Source: Octopus sinensis
Lineage: Eukaryota
Assembly: GCF_006345805.1 (NCBI RefSeq)
Contig: NW_021824843.1
Location: forward strand, 1-64,000
DNA length: 64,000 nt
Direction: 5' to 3'
The notes under the pieces are model-generated. The model had not been told where the DNA came from. It saw only the letters and a program-made list of their open reading frames with translations, and did not search any database. Position 1 is the stretch's first letter; each line of letters starts with the position of its first letter. This document shows, in pieces, positions 52,115-64,000 of the stretch. The translations under genes and the position numbers were made by a program.

Positions 52115-52805
52115 AAGAGAGATGATTGCGCTGGTATGGTCATGTGGCGAGAATGGATGAAGATAGGTGTGTGAAAAAGTGGCCAATCCCTAGCAGTGCA
52201 GGGAACCCGTGGAAGAGGTAGACCCAGGAAAACTTGGGTGGGACGAGGTGGTGAAGCACGACCTTCGAACTTTAGGGTCTCACTGAGGAAACGACTAGCG
52301 ACCGAGACCTTGGGAAATATGCTGTGCTGAAAAGACCGGCAAGACAAGTGAGTCCAGCCCACTTATGCATTGCCTTTCCTCCCTTGGACACCAAAGACCT
52401 GTTGAGGCAAAGGAAGTCGATATCGAACCTCATCCGACGACAGGCACCTATGCTTGCGAAGACCTGTTGGGGCAAGGGAAATCGGAATCGAAAAATTGAA
52501 CCAATCCTATGACTGGCACCCGGCAGGATGCCAGGACCCCTGGACTGGAGATACGTAAAAAGCACTATCCGAATCGTTGGCCGATGCCAGCCTCGCCTGG
52601 CACCAGTGCAGGTGGCACGTAAAAAGCACCCACTACATCACGGAGTGGTTGGCGTTAGGAAGGGCATCCAGCTGTAGAAACATTGCCAGATAAGACCGAG
52701 CCTGGTGCAGCCTTCTGGCTTCCCAGATCCCCGGTCGAACCGTCCAACCCATACTAGCATGGAGAACGGACGTTAAACGATGATGATGATGATGATGATG
52801 ATGAT
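52115..52805 (+). mobile_element. RTE-like LINE 3' end with long 3' UTR and (GAT)n tail
   Basis: RWYGHVARMDEDRCVKK...GTRGRGRPRKTW...VKHDLRTL; tail ends GGACGTTAAAC(GAT)n. Confidence 0.85.
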
Positions 52806-52869
52806 ATATATATATATATATACACGACGCGAAATAATTTTTGTGGAAACAAAAGGGTGTATACGACTG

Positions 52870-53305
52870 CTGTCTTGTTTGTTGTTAATACATCGTTTCG
52901 GCTGATATATGCTTCAGCTTTAATCAGTTGTCTGGGGGAAATTTCGAACCTGGGTTCTCATTCCTAAGGTATTTTTCGATGCTATTATATTATTATATTA
53001 TTATTATTATCATTCTTCTTCTTCTTCTTCTTCTTCTTCTTCTTCTTCTTCTTTTCTTCTTCTTCTTCTTCTTCTTCTTCTTCTTCTTCTTTTCTTTTTC
53101 TTCTTCTTTCTTCTTCTTCTTCTTTTCTTCTTCTTATTATTATTATTATTTTATTATTATTATTATTATTATTATTGTATTATATTATTATTATTATTAT
53201 TATTGTTATTATTTTATTATTATTATTATTCAGGTCACTGCTTGGAATCGAACTTGGAATCTTAAGGTTAGTAGCACGCACTCTGAACCACTTTGCCCAT
53301 GGGCA
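52870..53305 (-). mobile_element. tRNA-headed SINE with hammerhead-bearing tail (left copy)
   Basis: Minus head GGGCAAAGTGGTTCAGAGTGCG...GTTCGATTCC, (AAT/AAG)n spacer, tail with CTGATTA...CAGCCGAAACG. Confidence 0.8.
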
Positions 53306-53394
53306 TATGGCATAGTCCTTAAGATTGCGGGCTACTAACCTCAAGATTCGGTGTCCGATTCCAAGCAGTGATCTGAATAATAATAATAATAATT

Positions 53395-53451
<57 letters not shown>

Positions 53452-53625
53452 TCACCGAAAAATACCTTATGAATGAGAACACAGATTCGAAATTCCCCCA
53501 AGACACCTGATGAAGGCTGGAGGGTATATCAGCCGAAACATTGTGTTAACAACAAACAAGATGTGGACAAATATCCGTCAAATGTAAATAATGTACATAA
53601 TTCTTCATCTTTTAAATATAGAAAG
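53294..53625 (+). mobile_element. tRNA-headed SINE with hammerhead-bearing tail (right copy)
   Basis: Head TGGCATAGT...GTCCGATTCC, (AAT)n, tail AGACAC-CTGATGA-A-GGCTG(10 nt)CAGCC-GAAAC-ATT-GTGTT. Confidence 0.8.
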
Positions 53626-53751
53626 ATATTGTTATATTTCGGGATAGTCTTTTTTTTCGCAAAAAGTGCGTGCTCATTTGGCAAAAACAAAAGCATGCCA
53701 AAAAAAGTTCATCCCGAAATATAACAATATATGACATATGAATATATACAT

Positions 53752-53803
<52 letters not shown>

Positions 53804-53811
53804 TAGGTATA

Positions 53812-53842
<31 letters not shown>

Positions 53843-53844
53843 AA

Positions 53845-54110
53845 TAATAATAAATATTAGGGAATAAATCCAAATTTACAGGGAAAAAAAATCAGATTTA
53901 GGATTAAATCCCAATTTTATAGTAAAATATTATAAAATATTATTAGAGACAAAACCACTATTTTGCAAAACAACAAGGAAAGACTTAATCAATACATAAA
54001 ATTTTAATAAATAGTCAAAAAAACCGCCACTACAATCGTTCTTGTCTTGATCGACAATCTTCAGGTGGACTTCCAATAAGTCAGTTTCAAATTATAACAT
54101 TACACATCAC
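53845..54110 (-). mobile_element. Penelope-type terminal repeat with hammerhead motif (54027-54068)
   Basis: Minus CCAC-CTGAAGA-TTGTC(GATCAA)GACAA-GAA-C(GATT)GTA-GTGG; same family as 15007-15230. Confidence 0.7.
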
Positions 54111-54172
54111 ATCACCAAATTATATATATATAAGCTGAAACTAGAATCAATCAATCAATCAATCATATATAG

Positions 54173-54205
<33 letters not shown>

Positions 54206-54629
54206 GGGAGAGTTTAAAAAAAAAAGACGAAGACAGATGGTGTACAAAACAAATAGATGTATTAGTATAACGCTCAGGAATAGAAAAATTCTTTTACGTT
54301 CGAGTCTACGCTCTTCTACAGAAAGGTACACAGAAAAAACAAGGAGAAAAAAAAATGTGTTTAATGGATAACGATCTATCATGGCGGCTAGTGCCGGACA
54401 GAGGGGTCAGGCAGGAAAAGGAAAGTAAGGGAGGTAACAAAGTAAAGATGACCCCAACAGAGAGGAGCCCCCAACACAAAGGTGCGTGTGTGTATAAGAG
54501 AGTATGTATGTGCGTGTGAAAGTGGGCTGGTGGTCTGGACGTGTGTGTATATGTATGTGTAGGTGTGAAGATGTGGAGATGGGTGTGTGGGTGGGGTGTG
54601 GTGATGTGATGTGTAATGTTATATGGTGT

Positions 54630-54985
54630 ATGGCTTGGACCACGTGCCATCCGTCCTCAACAAAAATCTAAATCACATCTCATAACAACAATACGGCACA
54701 ATTACTTCACAATTATTTCAATTATTTCAATTGGACCCGCTCTCTTCAACATTACACCAGGACACATCAAAACAGATACTGAGCACAAAATTCAAGAAGT
54801 CTTTGGACAAATTCCTTCAAACAGTCCCGGACAAACCGTCCACACACGGGTATGTCTCCGTAAACAATAACTCTCTGCTCGAATGCGCCTTGGTGCCCAA
54901 ATCCTGAATTGAAAGATTTCGCCAGGTGGTACTATTAAGTTAGACATGGCCTGGGCCAATACTTGCCAAAACCTTTCTAAGTTAT
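54630..54985 (+). mobile_element. CR1-like LINE 3' end
   Basis: SIGPALFNITPGHIK...KFKKSLDKFLQTVPDKP...NNNSLL across a frameshift. Confidence 0.75.
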
Positions 54986-54991
54986 ATATAC

Positions 54992-55027
<36 letters not shown>

Positions 55028-55268
55028 ATATGTATGTATATATATAAATGGAAAGATGTATAAACAAATGATGTAACGTATACTGAATGTAAACACGAAC
55101 GGGAGTCAAACAGAAAGTCCATAGTTCTTCATCAGTACTCTTCAGTTTCGCACCTTTGACGATAAGTCGGAGTGCTTCCTAATTGGCGATGCCCGAGGAA
55201 TTAGGGACAAGAGCAAACAAAATGAAACAAAACAAGCAAAACGATAGTGTGATTTAGGATATAACCCT

Positions 55269-55301
<33 letters not shown>

Positions 55302-55327
55302 AGCACACACACATGCAAACACACACA

Positions 55328-55364
<37 letters not shown>

Positions 55365-55876
55365 ATGCATATATACGGTCACATTGCCCTTGCTAATGTT
55401 GTTACCATTGTTGTTGTTGTTATTGAAGCTGTTATGGTTGTGTTGTTTTGGCCGATGAAAATTTCACCAGACGTTTTAGCCTAAGATTTTGCGATGTATA
55501 TACTTCCGGAATGCGATGCTTTATTTCATTTCTTTAGCTTGGAAAGTTCCACATTACTACAGATCATGTTGCAGAGTGGAGGGTGTGTGCTGGGGCATGA
55601 AGAGGTGGTCAGTAAACTCAACCAGATGACCTGACACATGTATCTATGTCTACGTTCCAATGTCAGCTCCAATGGTCTCGGCCGTGTCCATTTGATGGAT
55701 TCGAATTCCCATGAGGTATCAAGAAGAGACTTTCACATTGAATTCATACACCACAATTCAGAATGTTTGCCTCTCTCTAAACACATATCGCAATCGTTAT
55801 ATCAACCGATCCTTCTCCTTCACTCCTTACACTTCCTCGTTTACATCCCCCTCTTCCTTTCTTTCTTTCTTTCATC

Positions 55877-55907
<31 letters not shown>

Positions 55908-56129
55908 TCATCCTTTCTTTCTTTCTTTCTTTCTTTCTCTCTTTCTTTCTTTCTTTCTTTCTTTCTTTTCACCCTTTCATTCGTAATCATCATTGTTTTC
56001 ATCTACGCCATTTGTCTCCGTTGTCGTCGTTGTCGACGATGTCGTTTACATTGGCTTCCTTGTCATCAGCATATTCGTCATCAGCATCGTCATTATCGTC
56101 CGAGTCAATGATACCTCCATTTTGGTATT

Positions 56130-56394
56130 GCGCTCCTCCTTCTTATCATCATGTCGTCGTCGCCATCCTCCTCCTCCTCATCATCATCATCATACCATCA
56201 CCACCCCTGCCACCACCATCAACTATGTCATAACTATGATAATGATCAGAATCCTCAACATTATTTTAGTCATTCTTCTTCTTCTTCTTCTTCTTCTTCT
56301 TTCTCTTCTCCTCCTCCTCCTCCTCCTCCTTCTTCTTCTTTTTCTTCTGCCGCTGCTGCTGTCGCCGCCACTACTACTACTACTACTACTACTA

Positions 56395-56435
<41 letters not shown>

Positions 56436-56545
56436 TTTCCTCCCCTTCTTCGTCCACCTCTTCCTGCTGCTGCTCCTCCTCCTCCTCGTCCGTCACCGAC
56501 ATCACCGCCATCGTCATCATCATCATCATCATCACAATCATCAAA
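56130..56545. repeat. Mixed trinucleotide low-complexity tract (CAT/CTT/CCT/TAC)
   Basis: Directly visible; similar tracts at 33860-34300, 59200-59670 and 63080-63370. Confidence 0.95.
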
Positions 56546-56892
56546 TAAAGCACGTTTATCGTTTAAAAATGAACTAACATAACTGGATGTTTTAATATTT
56601 AAACCAAACCACGTAAAACAAATACGTTTTTCGCAGTTGACGATCAGACAAAAATTCTCTGTGTAGTGTGTAAATGATGATGATGATGGTGATGATGATG
56701 GTGTTGATGATGGTGATAATAATAATGGTAACAATAATATTTTCAATAATGAAACAAAGCTATTTTTATAACATTGTTGAAATATTTATGTTTGTGATTA
56801 ATAAAATTTTGACAACTCGTATTAAAGATGAGTTCAATAATGAAAAATGAGGCATTTCTTTAACGTATCAATATCTATTATTATTATTATTA

Positions 56893-56931
<39 letters not shown>

Positions 56932-59670
56932 TTTCATTTTATTTCATTTTGATTTTATTTCTTGGAGATTATAACAATATTATGATATAAATCAAAGCCG
57001 TAAAGTTTGCTGATCAACCAAAATAGCTTTTAAAGCAAACAGAGCCAAAAAATAAAAAATAAAAAATAAAAAAAAATATCAGTTCCAAAAGAAGACTTGT
57101 GTGAAATCATAGAGAGAGAAGAGCGAGATGCGCTCTTAATAGATATTATGAAGATTAGTAGCCGAAACACTCGCATGTACGGTTTCATACTAGCATAATG
57201 TGTGGTGATGGTGGTGGTGGTGTGGATAGTGGAATGATAAGGCGCATTTAAGCTTTGAATGACAATTTCAATTGTATGTTACGTGAGGCAGAATATGCGA
57301 TACTATATCACGCCGGACAGTCAAGATTTTTCTCATTCTCATCTCATTCTCTTTTTACTCCATCCTCACACAAACCCCCTTAACACTACTCACTACAACA
57401 AACAGCATCCACACACCCCCACCACACACACACACACACACATACATCCTCTTTACCATTACAGATAATCGTAGTAATCGTGGACAGTTGAAATAAAGCA
57501 CTGCCTCTTCTACGAATCTTGCCGTATACAATTCTTTGAAAAGCCAAAAATCTTTTTTTACTACAAGTGTATCATTGGAGTCAATAGCTGTTATTTGGCG
57601 GGAAACACATTTCATTGTCTAACTTCCATCTTTTATTCATGTGTTCTCTTGCAATTCTAATAGTCCACCCTATTCTCTATTTACTATCCGTCGCAGGACT
57701 CGAGCATAACCTTGAGTTCTTTCTCTTCGTTTTGTCTGGGGGTTTTTCTTGTTTTGTGATTAAACTCTCTTGGTTTTATTGTAGTCGCTTATTTCTCTTG
57801 GAATTTTTGCATTGTTTCGTTATAGCGTTGCGTATCGTCTCCTTCTCGTTTTGTTGTTATGGATATTGTCTCTCTGTCTCATTCTGTCACTCTGTCTCTT
57901 TGTATGTGCGTGTATCTGTGTGCATCTGTCTGCTTATACATACGTGCATACATACATACATACATACATACATACATACATACATACATACATACATACA
58001 TACATGCATACATGTATATATACATATATGCATGCATTCATGCATATACATACATACATACATACATACATACATACATACATAGACGTACGAGTGTATA
58101 AACTTGCATCCATATATGTAAGTATACATACACATACACGCACACACATATATATTGTATATATGTATATATATACACATATATATGTGTGTGTGTGTAT
58201 ATATATGTGTATATATATATATATACATATATATACTTATGTATACGTACATATATATATGTATATGTATATATATACATATATATATATATATACATAT
58301 ATACACGTATGTATACGTACACACACACACACACACACATATAAACGTGCATACATATATGTACACACGTAGAAGAACTAGGGGAAAGATTAGGAATGAA
58401 TGACATGAGTATCTATATATATATATAGTTATATAAATGGCTATGTATATGTAAATTTCTACACACATACACACACACACACAACCACATGGACTCATAC
58501 ACAAACACACACAGGTATATACACACGTATAAACAAACTCACCCGTATATATGTATATGTAACTTGTTCGCTAGCTCGCACTCTCACCTATTAACACATA
58601 GCTTGCCTGAATGAACTGAGAGAAGTAGAAAAAAATATGCGGAGTGGGGTGGCGGAGATGCAGATAGCTATATGTGTGGGGGACCGATCAGGAATGATTA
58701 AGTATTATACAAGTATTATAGGAAAATGGTTGCTTTTGTCGTTTCGTAGTTAATAAGTGCTGACTGACTCTCTGCCGAGTTTATCTGTAAGGAATCCAAG
58801 GAAACGAAACAAGGGGTTGAAGAATGAAGATTTGTAACAAAGGATATTATCCATGTTTCACAAATTTAATACCACCACCTTTCAGTGCAAATCCAAATGC
58901 GAAGAAGGACAATGAAGCGAATGATAAATTCGAAACCGCCCCACCACAAAGAAAAAAAAAAAAAAGGAAATGAAGAGAAAAACAATATGAAATGAAATGA
59001 AATAAAATGAAATAAAATAAAATAAAATAAAATAATGGTTAGGAAAGGAAAATAGGAGAAAAATATCAAATAAGAGAGTAGAAGGAAAAGGGAAAATGTC
59101 TGGAGGCACACGTAACAATAATAAGGGAACAGTTGTGGTATTATCACTAACAATGAAGTGTGACAATATTAGCAACGATAACAAGAACTCTAGCAACGAC
59201 ACCAGCAATAACAACAGCAACACCAATGTGGACAATTTTAGCGACAACGGGACTAACAATAACACCACCATCAACAACAACAACAACAGCAACAATACTG
59301 TTCAAGTCAACACTTACGAAAATAACACTAACAGCAACATTGCTATTCGTAATAATTACGACTGCAAAAACAGTAGCAAGTAGTAGTGGTGGTGGTGGTG
59401 GTAATGGTAGTAGTAATAGCAGTAGTAGTAGTGCCGGTGTCGGCGTTGGTGGTAGTAGTAGTAGTAGTAGTGGCGGTGGTGTTGATAGTAATAGTAGTAG
59501 TAATAGTAGTAATAATAGCAGTAGGAGGGGTAGCAGTAGTGTTGGTGTTGGTGGTGGTAGTAGTATTATTAGTAGTATAAGTAGTAGTGTTGGCGTTAGT
59601 GGTAGTAGTAGTAGTACCGGTGTTTTCGCTGGTAGTAGTAGTAGTAGGTGCAGTACTAGCAGCAACAACA

Positions 59671-60008
59671 GTGGAGGCGCAATGGGCCAGTGGTTAGGGC
59701 AGCGGACTCGCGGTCGGAGGTTTGCAGTTTCGATTCCCAGACCGGGCGTGGTGTGTGTTTATTGAGCGAAAACACCAAAAGCTCCACGATGCTCCAACTT
59801 TCTCTCACTCTTTTTCCTGTTTCTTATCCCCGACTTCCCACGCAACCGCTGAGCCTGGATGCACATTCGTCTATCGGTCGATGCTCTCTGTGTCGGGGGT
59901 TGACCTGCTTTCTCTTCTGCGTGTCTTACGAATAGCAAAGGACCACGTTTCGGACTTCTCCCACTTTGGGACAAAGACCGCTTCGCTCAACAAACAAACA
60001 AACAAATA
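59671..60008 (+). mobile_element. SINE with family A head and a different 3' module ending in (CAAA)n
   Basis: Head matches family A to about 59830, then an unrelated body CCGCTGAGCCTGGATGCAC...GACCGCTTCGCTC(AAAC)n. Confidence 0.75.
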
Positions 60009-60547
60009 AGCAGCAACAACACAACATTACGTAATAAACATGTGAGTTTCGAACATAGACCTCCACGACCATCATCATCACCACCGGCGTCGTCTTCGTC
60101 ATCAGCTTCGCCATTCCAACTCCACCGTACCACCACAAACACTAAACCACTATCATCATCGTCGTCACCGTCCTTGACTTCCTCCGCTCCTCCTATAATC
60201 ATCATTATCATCATCATCATCATCATATTCATCATCAGTTGTTTGAGATTAAGCAACAAAAGTAGGAATAACCCAATTACCGCTAGAGCTCAGAGTAACC
60301 TCTGAAGTCCAGATTTAATAGAGATATATCGCTATATTCACCCAGATCCAATATGCAGTTTGATATACTCATGCTACCTCATATAGCTAATGGGGTATAT
60401 GTACTCCGATTGGAGTACATAAATAATACTATAGAGGATAGTAAGTTAACGAGGGCGTCTGTAAACGGTTGCTCAGGCAGCTAGAAAAACATTAAATTTG
60501 GCCCGAATTACGTTCCATCGTCTAAAACCATGAAGGATACATTTGAT

Positions 60548-61193
60548 TAGTGCTACTCAATATGGTGCTCCATGGACCGGTGTCGGTCTGCGAGCCATCA
60601 GCTGCCGGTACGCGGCGAGTTTCCACAAAAGGAAGAAACATAAAATACTTATATGTTTGTTCCTTCTCGAGCCATGCCTGGCTCATAAGGGCTTGTTTCC
60701 CGGTTTCCTTGGCGTATAGGTTCCCCACCTGGACGGGATGCAGGCCCGTCGCAGGTGAGCTGTAAGAGGAACAATTGAGAGAAAATTGTGGCGAAAGAGT
60801 CAGCAGAAGTTCGCCATTACCTTCTGCTGGAGCCGCGTGGAGCTTAGGTGTTTCGCTCATAAACACACACATCGCCCGGTCTGAGATTCGAACCCGCGAT
60901 TGCAAGTCACGCTGTTCCAACCACTAGGCCATGTGTCTCCACGAAATACTTATATGCTTAAGTATTATTGTATTATTATGTATTATTGTATATTGTATTC
61001 ACAATGCTTATGTTTTATTGTATTATTTGTTTACAAAATAAATACAAGAGAAAAAAAATTGCCAACTTTTATTAAAAACATTATATATATTGTTTCCCGC
61101 TTGAATTAATATTACTAACAAATATTACCGGACCATGGCACATTGGAAAAAAATACTGCAGGTACGCCACATCATATAGTTATAGAAGCACTG
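60548..61193. mobile_element. hAT (Charlie-like) MITE interrupted by a SINE
   Basis: Ends TAGTGCTACTCAA / TAGAAGCACTG; 8-bp near-TSD CATTTGAT / CATTAGAT; GGACCGGT..CCGGTACGCG internal motifs. Confidence 0.65.
60656..60943 (-). mobile_element. SINE with family A-like head and a third type of tail
   Basis: 13-bp TSD AAATACTTATATG at 60643-60655 and 60944-60956; tail CCTGCATCCCGTCCAGG...GGAAACCGGG. Confidence 0.85.
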
Positions 61194-61467
61194 CATTAGA
61201 TAACATAGTCATAAGCACTCTATGTGTGAGAAAATTATGGGATGGGCTTAACTGGGATATCTTTGGAAATAGATTTTCTTGGTCAAAGAATGAGCAAGAG
61301 TTAAATATTAACAATTTCAGCAACAGTAGTAGTAGAAGCAACAAGAACAACAACAGCAACACCAACAACTGCAAAAGCAGATCATAGAACATCATATATG
61401 AATATGAATATGTTAGAAAATCAAAAGATATTAACTCATGCATTGTTACTATAATCAGTATCACTAT

Positions 61468-61805
61468 GTGGGGGCGCAATGACCCAGTGGTTAGGGCAGC
61501 GGACTCGCGGTCATAGGATCGCTGGTTTCGATTCCCAGACCGGGCGTTGCGAGTGTTTATTGAGCGAAAACACCTAAAAGCTCCACGAGGCTCCGGCAGG
61601 GGATGGTGGTGATCCCTGCTGTACTCTTTCACCACAACTTTCTCTCACTCTTACTTCCTGTTTCTGTTGTACCTGTATTTCAAGTGGCCGGCCTTGTCAC
61701 TCTCTGTGTCACGCTGAATATCCACGTTAATTTCACGAGCAGGCTGTTCCGTCGATCGGATCAAACCGAACCCTCATCGTCGTAACCGACGGAGTGCTTC
61801 CATCC
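61468..61805 (+). mobile_element. SINE family A copy with internal deletion
   Basis: Matches family A; near-TSD CAGTAT(C/A)ACTAT. Confidence 0.9.
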
Positions 61806-61924
61806 AGTATAACTATTCAAAGATACCTGAACGATTAATACCACCAGCAATAACAACAAAAATCACAACTAGCACAGCAGCAATTGAAATATCAGCCGCT
61901 ACAACATCAACAAAACTAATACTT

Positions 61925-62645
61925 TCTAGCAAAGGCACAAGATCTGAAATTTTGGGGGAGGCGACGAGTCGATTACCCCGAAAGGATGAAAGGCAAAGTC
62001 GACCTCGGCGGAATTTGAACTCAGAACGCAGCGGCAGACGAAATACTGCTAAGCATTTCGCCCGGCGTGCTAACTTTTCTGCCTGCTCGCCGCCTTCAGT
62101 AACAACATCAACAAATGTTTCACTGGCACCTATTTTATTGACCCCAAAAGGATGAAGAGCAAAGTCAACTTCGGAGGCATTTGAACTCAAAACCTGAAGA
62201 CGGTCGAAATATCACTAAGGATTCCGTCCGACAAGCTAACTATTTTCTTCTACTACGGCGCAAGGCCTGAAATTTGGCGAGAAAGGACTAGTCGATTATA
62301 TCGACCCCGGTGTTTCAATGGTACTTAATTCATCGACTCCGAAAGGAGGAAAAAGCAAAGTCAAAAGGGGTGGAATTTGAACTCATAATGTAGCGACGGG
62401 TGAAATACCTATTTCTTTACTACCCACAAGGGGCTAAACACAGAGAGGACAAACAAGGACAGACAAACGGATTAAGTCGATTATATCGATCCCAGTGCGT
62501 AACTGGTACTTATTTGATCGACCCCGAAAGGATGAAAGGCAAAGTCGACCTCGGCGGAATTTGAACTCGGAACGTAGCGGCAGACGAAATACCGCTAAGC
62601 ATTTCGCCCGGCGTGCTAACTTTTCTGCCAGCTTACCGCCTTCAG
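61925..62645 (-). mobile_element. Cluster of tandem SINE family C copies
   Basis: Repeated GATGAAAGGCAAAGTCGACCTCGGCGGAATTTGAACTC blocks. Confidence 0.88.
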
Positions 62646-63277
62646 TAACAACATCAACAAAAACAATGCAAACCACCACCACCACCACCACTTCAACAAC
62701 AACAACAACCACAACAACAAAAACAACAACAGGAAGAGCAATAGTAACAGCAACAGTAATAACAACAGCCATAAACACAGTAGCTTTATAAGAAGTACTG
62801 GACTCGATTTGATAGACTAAACCCTTCAAGTCAGTGCTCCATCATGGCTGTAGTTCAAGGGCAAAAACAAAAAGAAGAATAAAAAAGAATGCCTATGCAT
62901 GATTTTTTTGTTTGTTTTTGTTTTTTGGCTGAGTAATAGAGGTAAATCCTGCAGTGGGTATTGAAACCGTGTGTACTGTTTTTGCTTAATTAAATGATTG
63001 ATTATTTGCCAACACAAAACAATGACGTAAATAATGGATTGCTTCTGGAGATTAGGGGACCGTAAATACTCGGCTTGTATGCTGCTGCTGCTACTACTAC
63101 AACTACTACTACTACTACTACTGCTACTGCTGCTGCTGCTGTTGCTGCCACTACTACTATTACTACTATTAACTTTCAACTGCTGTTGTTACTACTACTA
63201 CTACACACCACCACCACCACTACTACTACTAACTACTACTACTACTACCACTACCACCACCACCACCACCACCACCT

Positions 63278-63317
<40 letters not shown>

Positions 63318-63326
63318 CACCTCCAA

Positions 63327-63365
<39 letters not shown>

Positions 63366-63499
63366 AACACACTTTCATGAATATGCGCTTCAGAAAGGAT
63401 TCTGAATAGCCAAATTTTACTAGGAACGATGGGAGAACCTGATTAGTTCCTCCATCCTGTATACCTTTACAAATCATCTCTAAATTTGCCATTAAAGCA

Positions 63500-64000
63500 C
63501 CGGAGTCTTGAGAAGTATAGGTAAAGATCATTTAAGCGAAATCCGTATTTAAATGGTATTATTTTATCGACGTGGAAAAACCGAAATGAGAAGTTGACCT
63601 CGGCTAAATTCGAACTCCAAACCCTGAAGTTGCAACAAACAACTATCATTCAGTAGTCAGTTTAGCATCTTACCAATTGTGCTAATCTTTTGGTCTTTCT
63701 TGCAAGTTTTGAAAATATGATACGAAATAGATATTCTTTTCTACTCTAGGCATAAAGCCCGAAATTTTTGGGGGTGTAACTCTATCGATTAGATCAACTT
63801 CAGTACGCAACTGGTACTTAATTTATAGATCTCGATAGGATGAAAGGCAAAGTCGACCTCGGCAGAATTTGAACTCAGAATGTAACCGTAGACGAAATAC
63901 CTATTTCTTTATTACCCACAAGGGGCTAAACACAGAGCGGACAAACAAGGACAGACAAACGGATTAAGTCGATTATATCGACCCCAGTGCATAACTGGTA
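63500..64000 (-). mobile_element. Further tandem SINE family C copies running off the window end
   Basis: Same signature; head-to-tail junction at about 63900. Confidence 0.85.

Noticed and set aside
55993-59765. Long ORFs (56270-56746, 57887-58510, 59160-59765 and others)
   Set aside because: Translations of tri- and tetranucleotide microsatellites (homopolymer runs, YIHT repeats), with no protein signature.

Overview
AT-rich, microsatellite-dense eukaryotic DNA. Its SINE/LINE content looks like an octopus (coleoid cephalopod) genome; this is inferred from repeat style, not from a search. I recognise no host protein-coding gene, and most long ORFs in the track are simple-repeat or antisense artefacts. 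The window is a mosaic of mobile DNA: several tRNA-derived SINE families with shuffled modules, a 5S-rRNA-headed chimera, four R4/Dong-type RT-REL LINE copies sitting in (TAA)n tracts (one with a 513-codon open frame), an RTE LINE with a twin-priming inversion, CR1-like 3' ends, a Penelope-like element with inverted termini, mariner/Tc1/hAT remnants and MITEs, and Helitron pieces. The most notable signal is about eight minimal type-I hammerhead-ribozyme (HHR) motifs in Penelope-type terminal repeats, several linked to fold-back structures. They include a U3-A8 covariant core and a tRNA-headed SINE with an HHR tail present as a head-to-head pair. All folds and alignments were done by eye.
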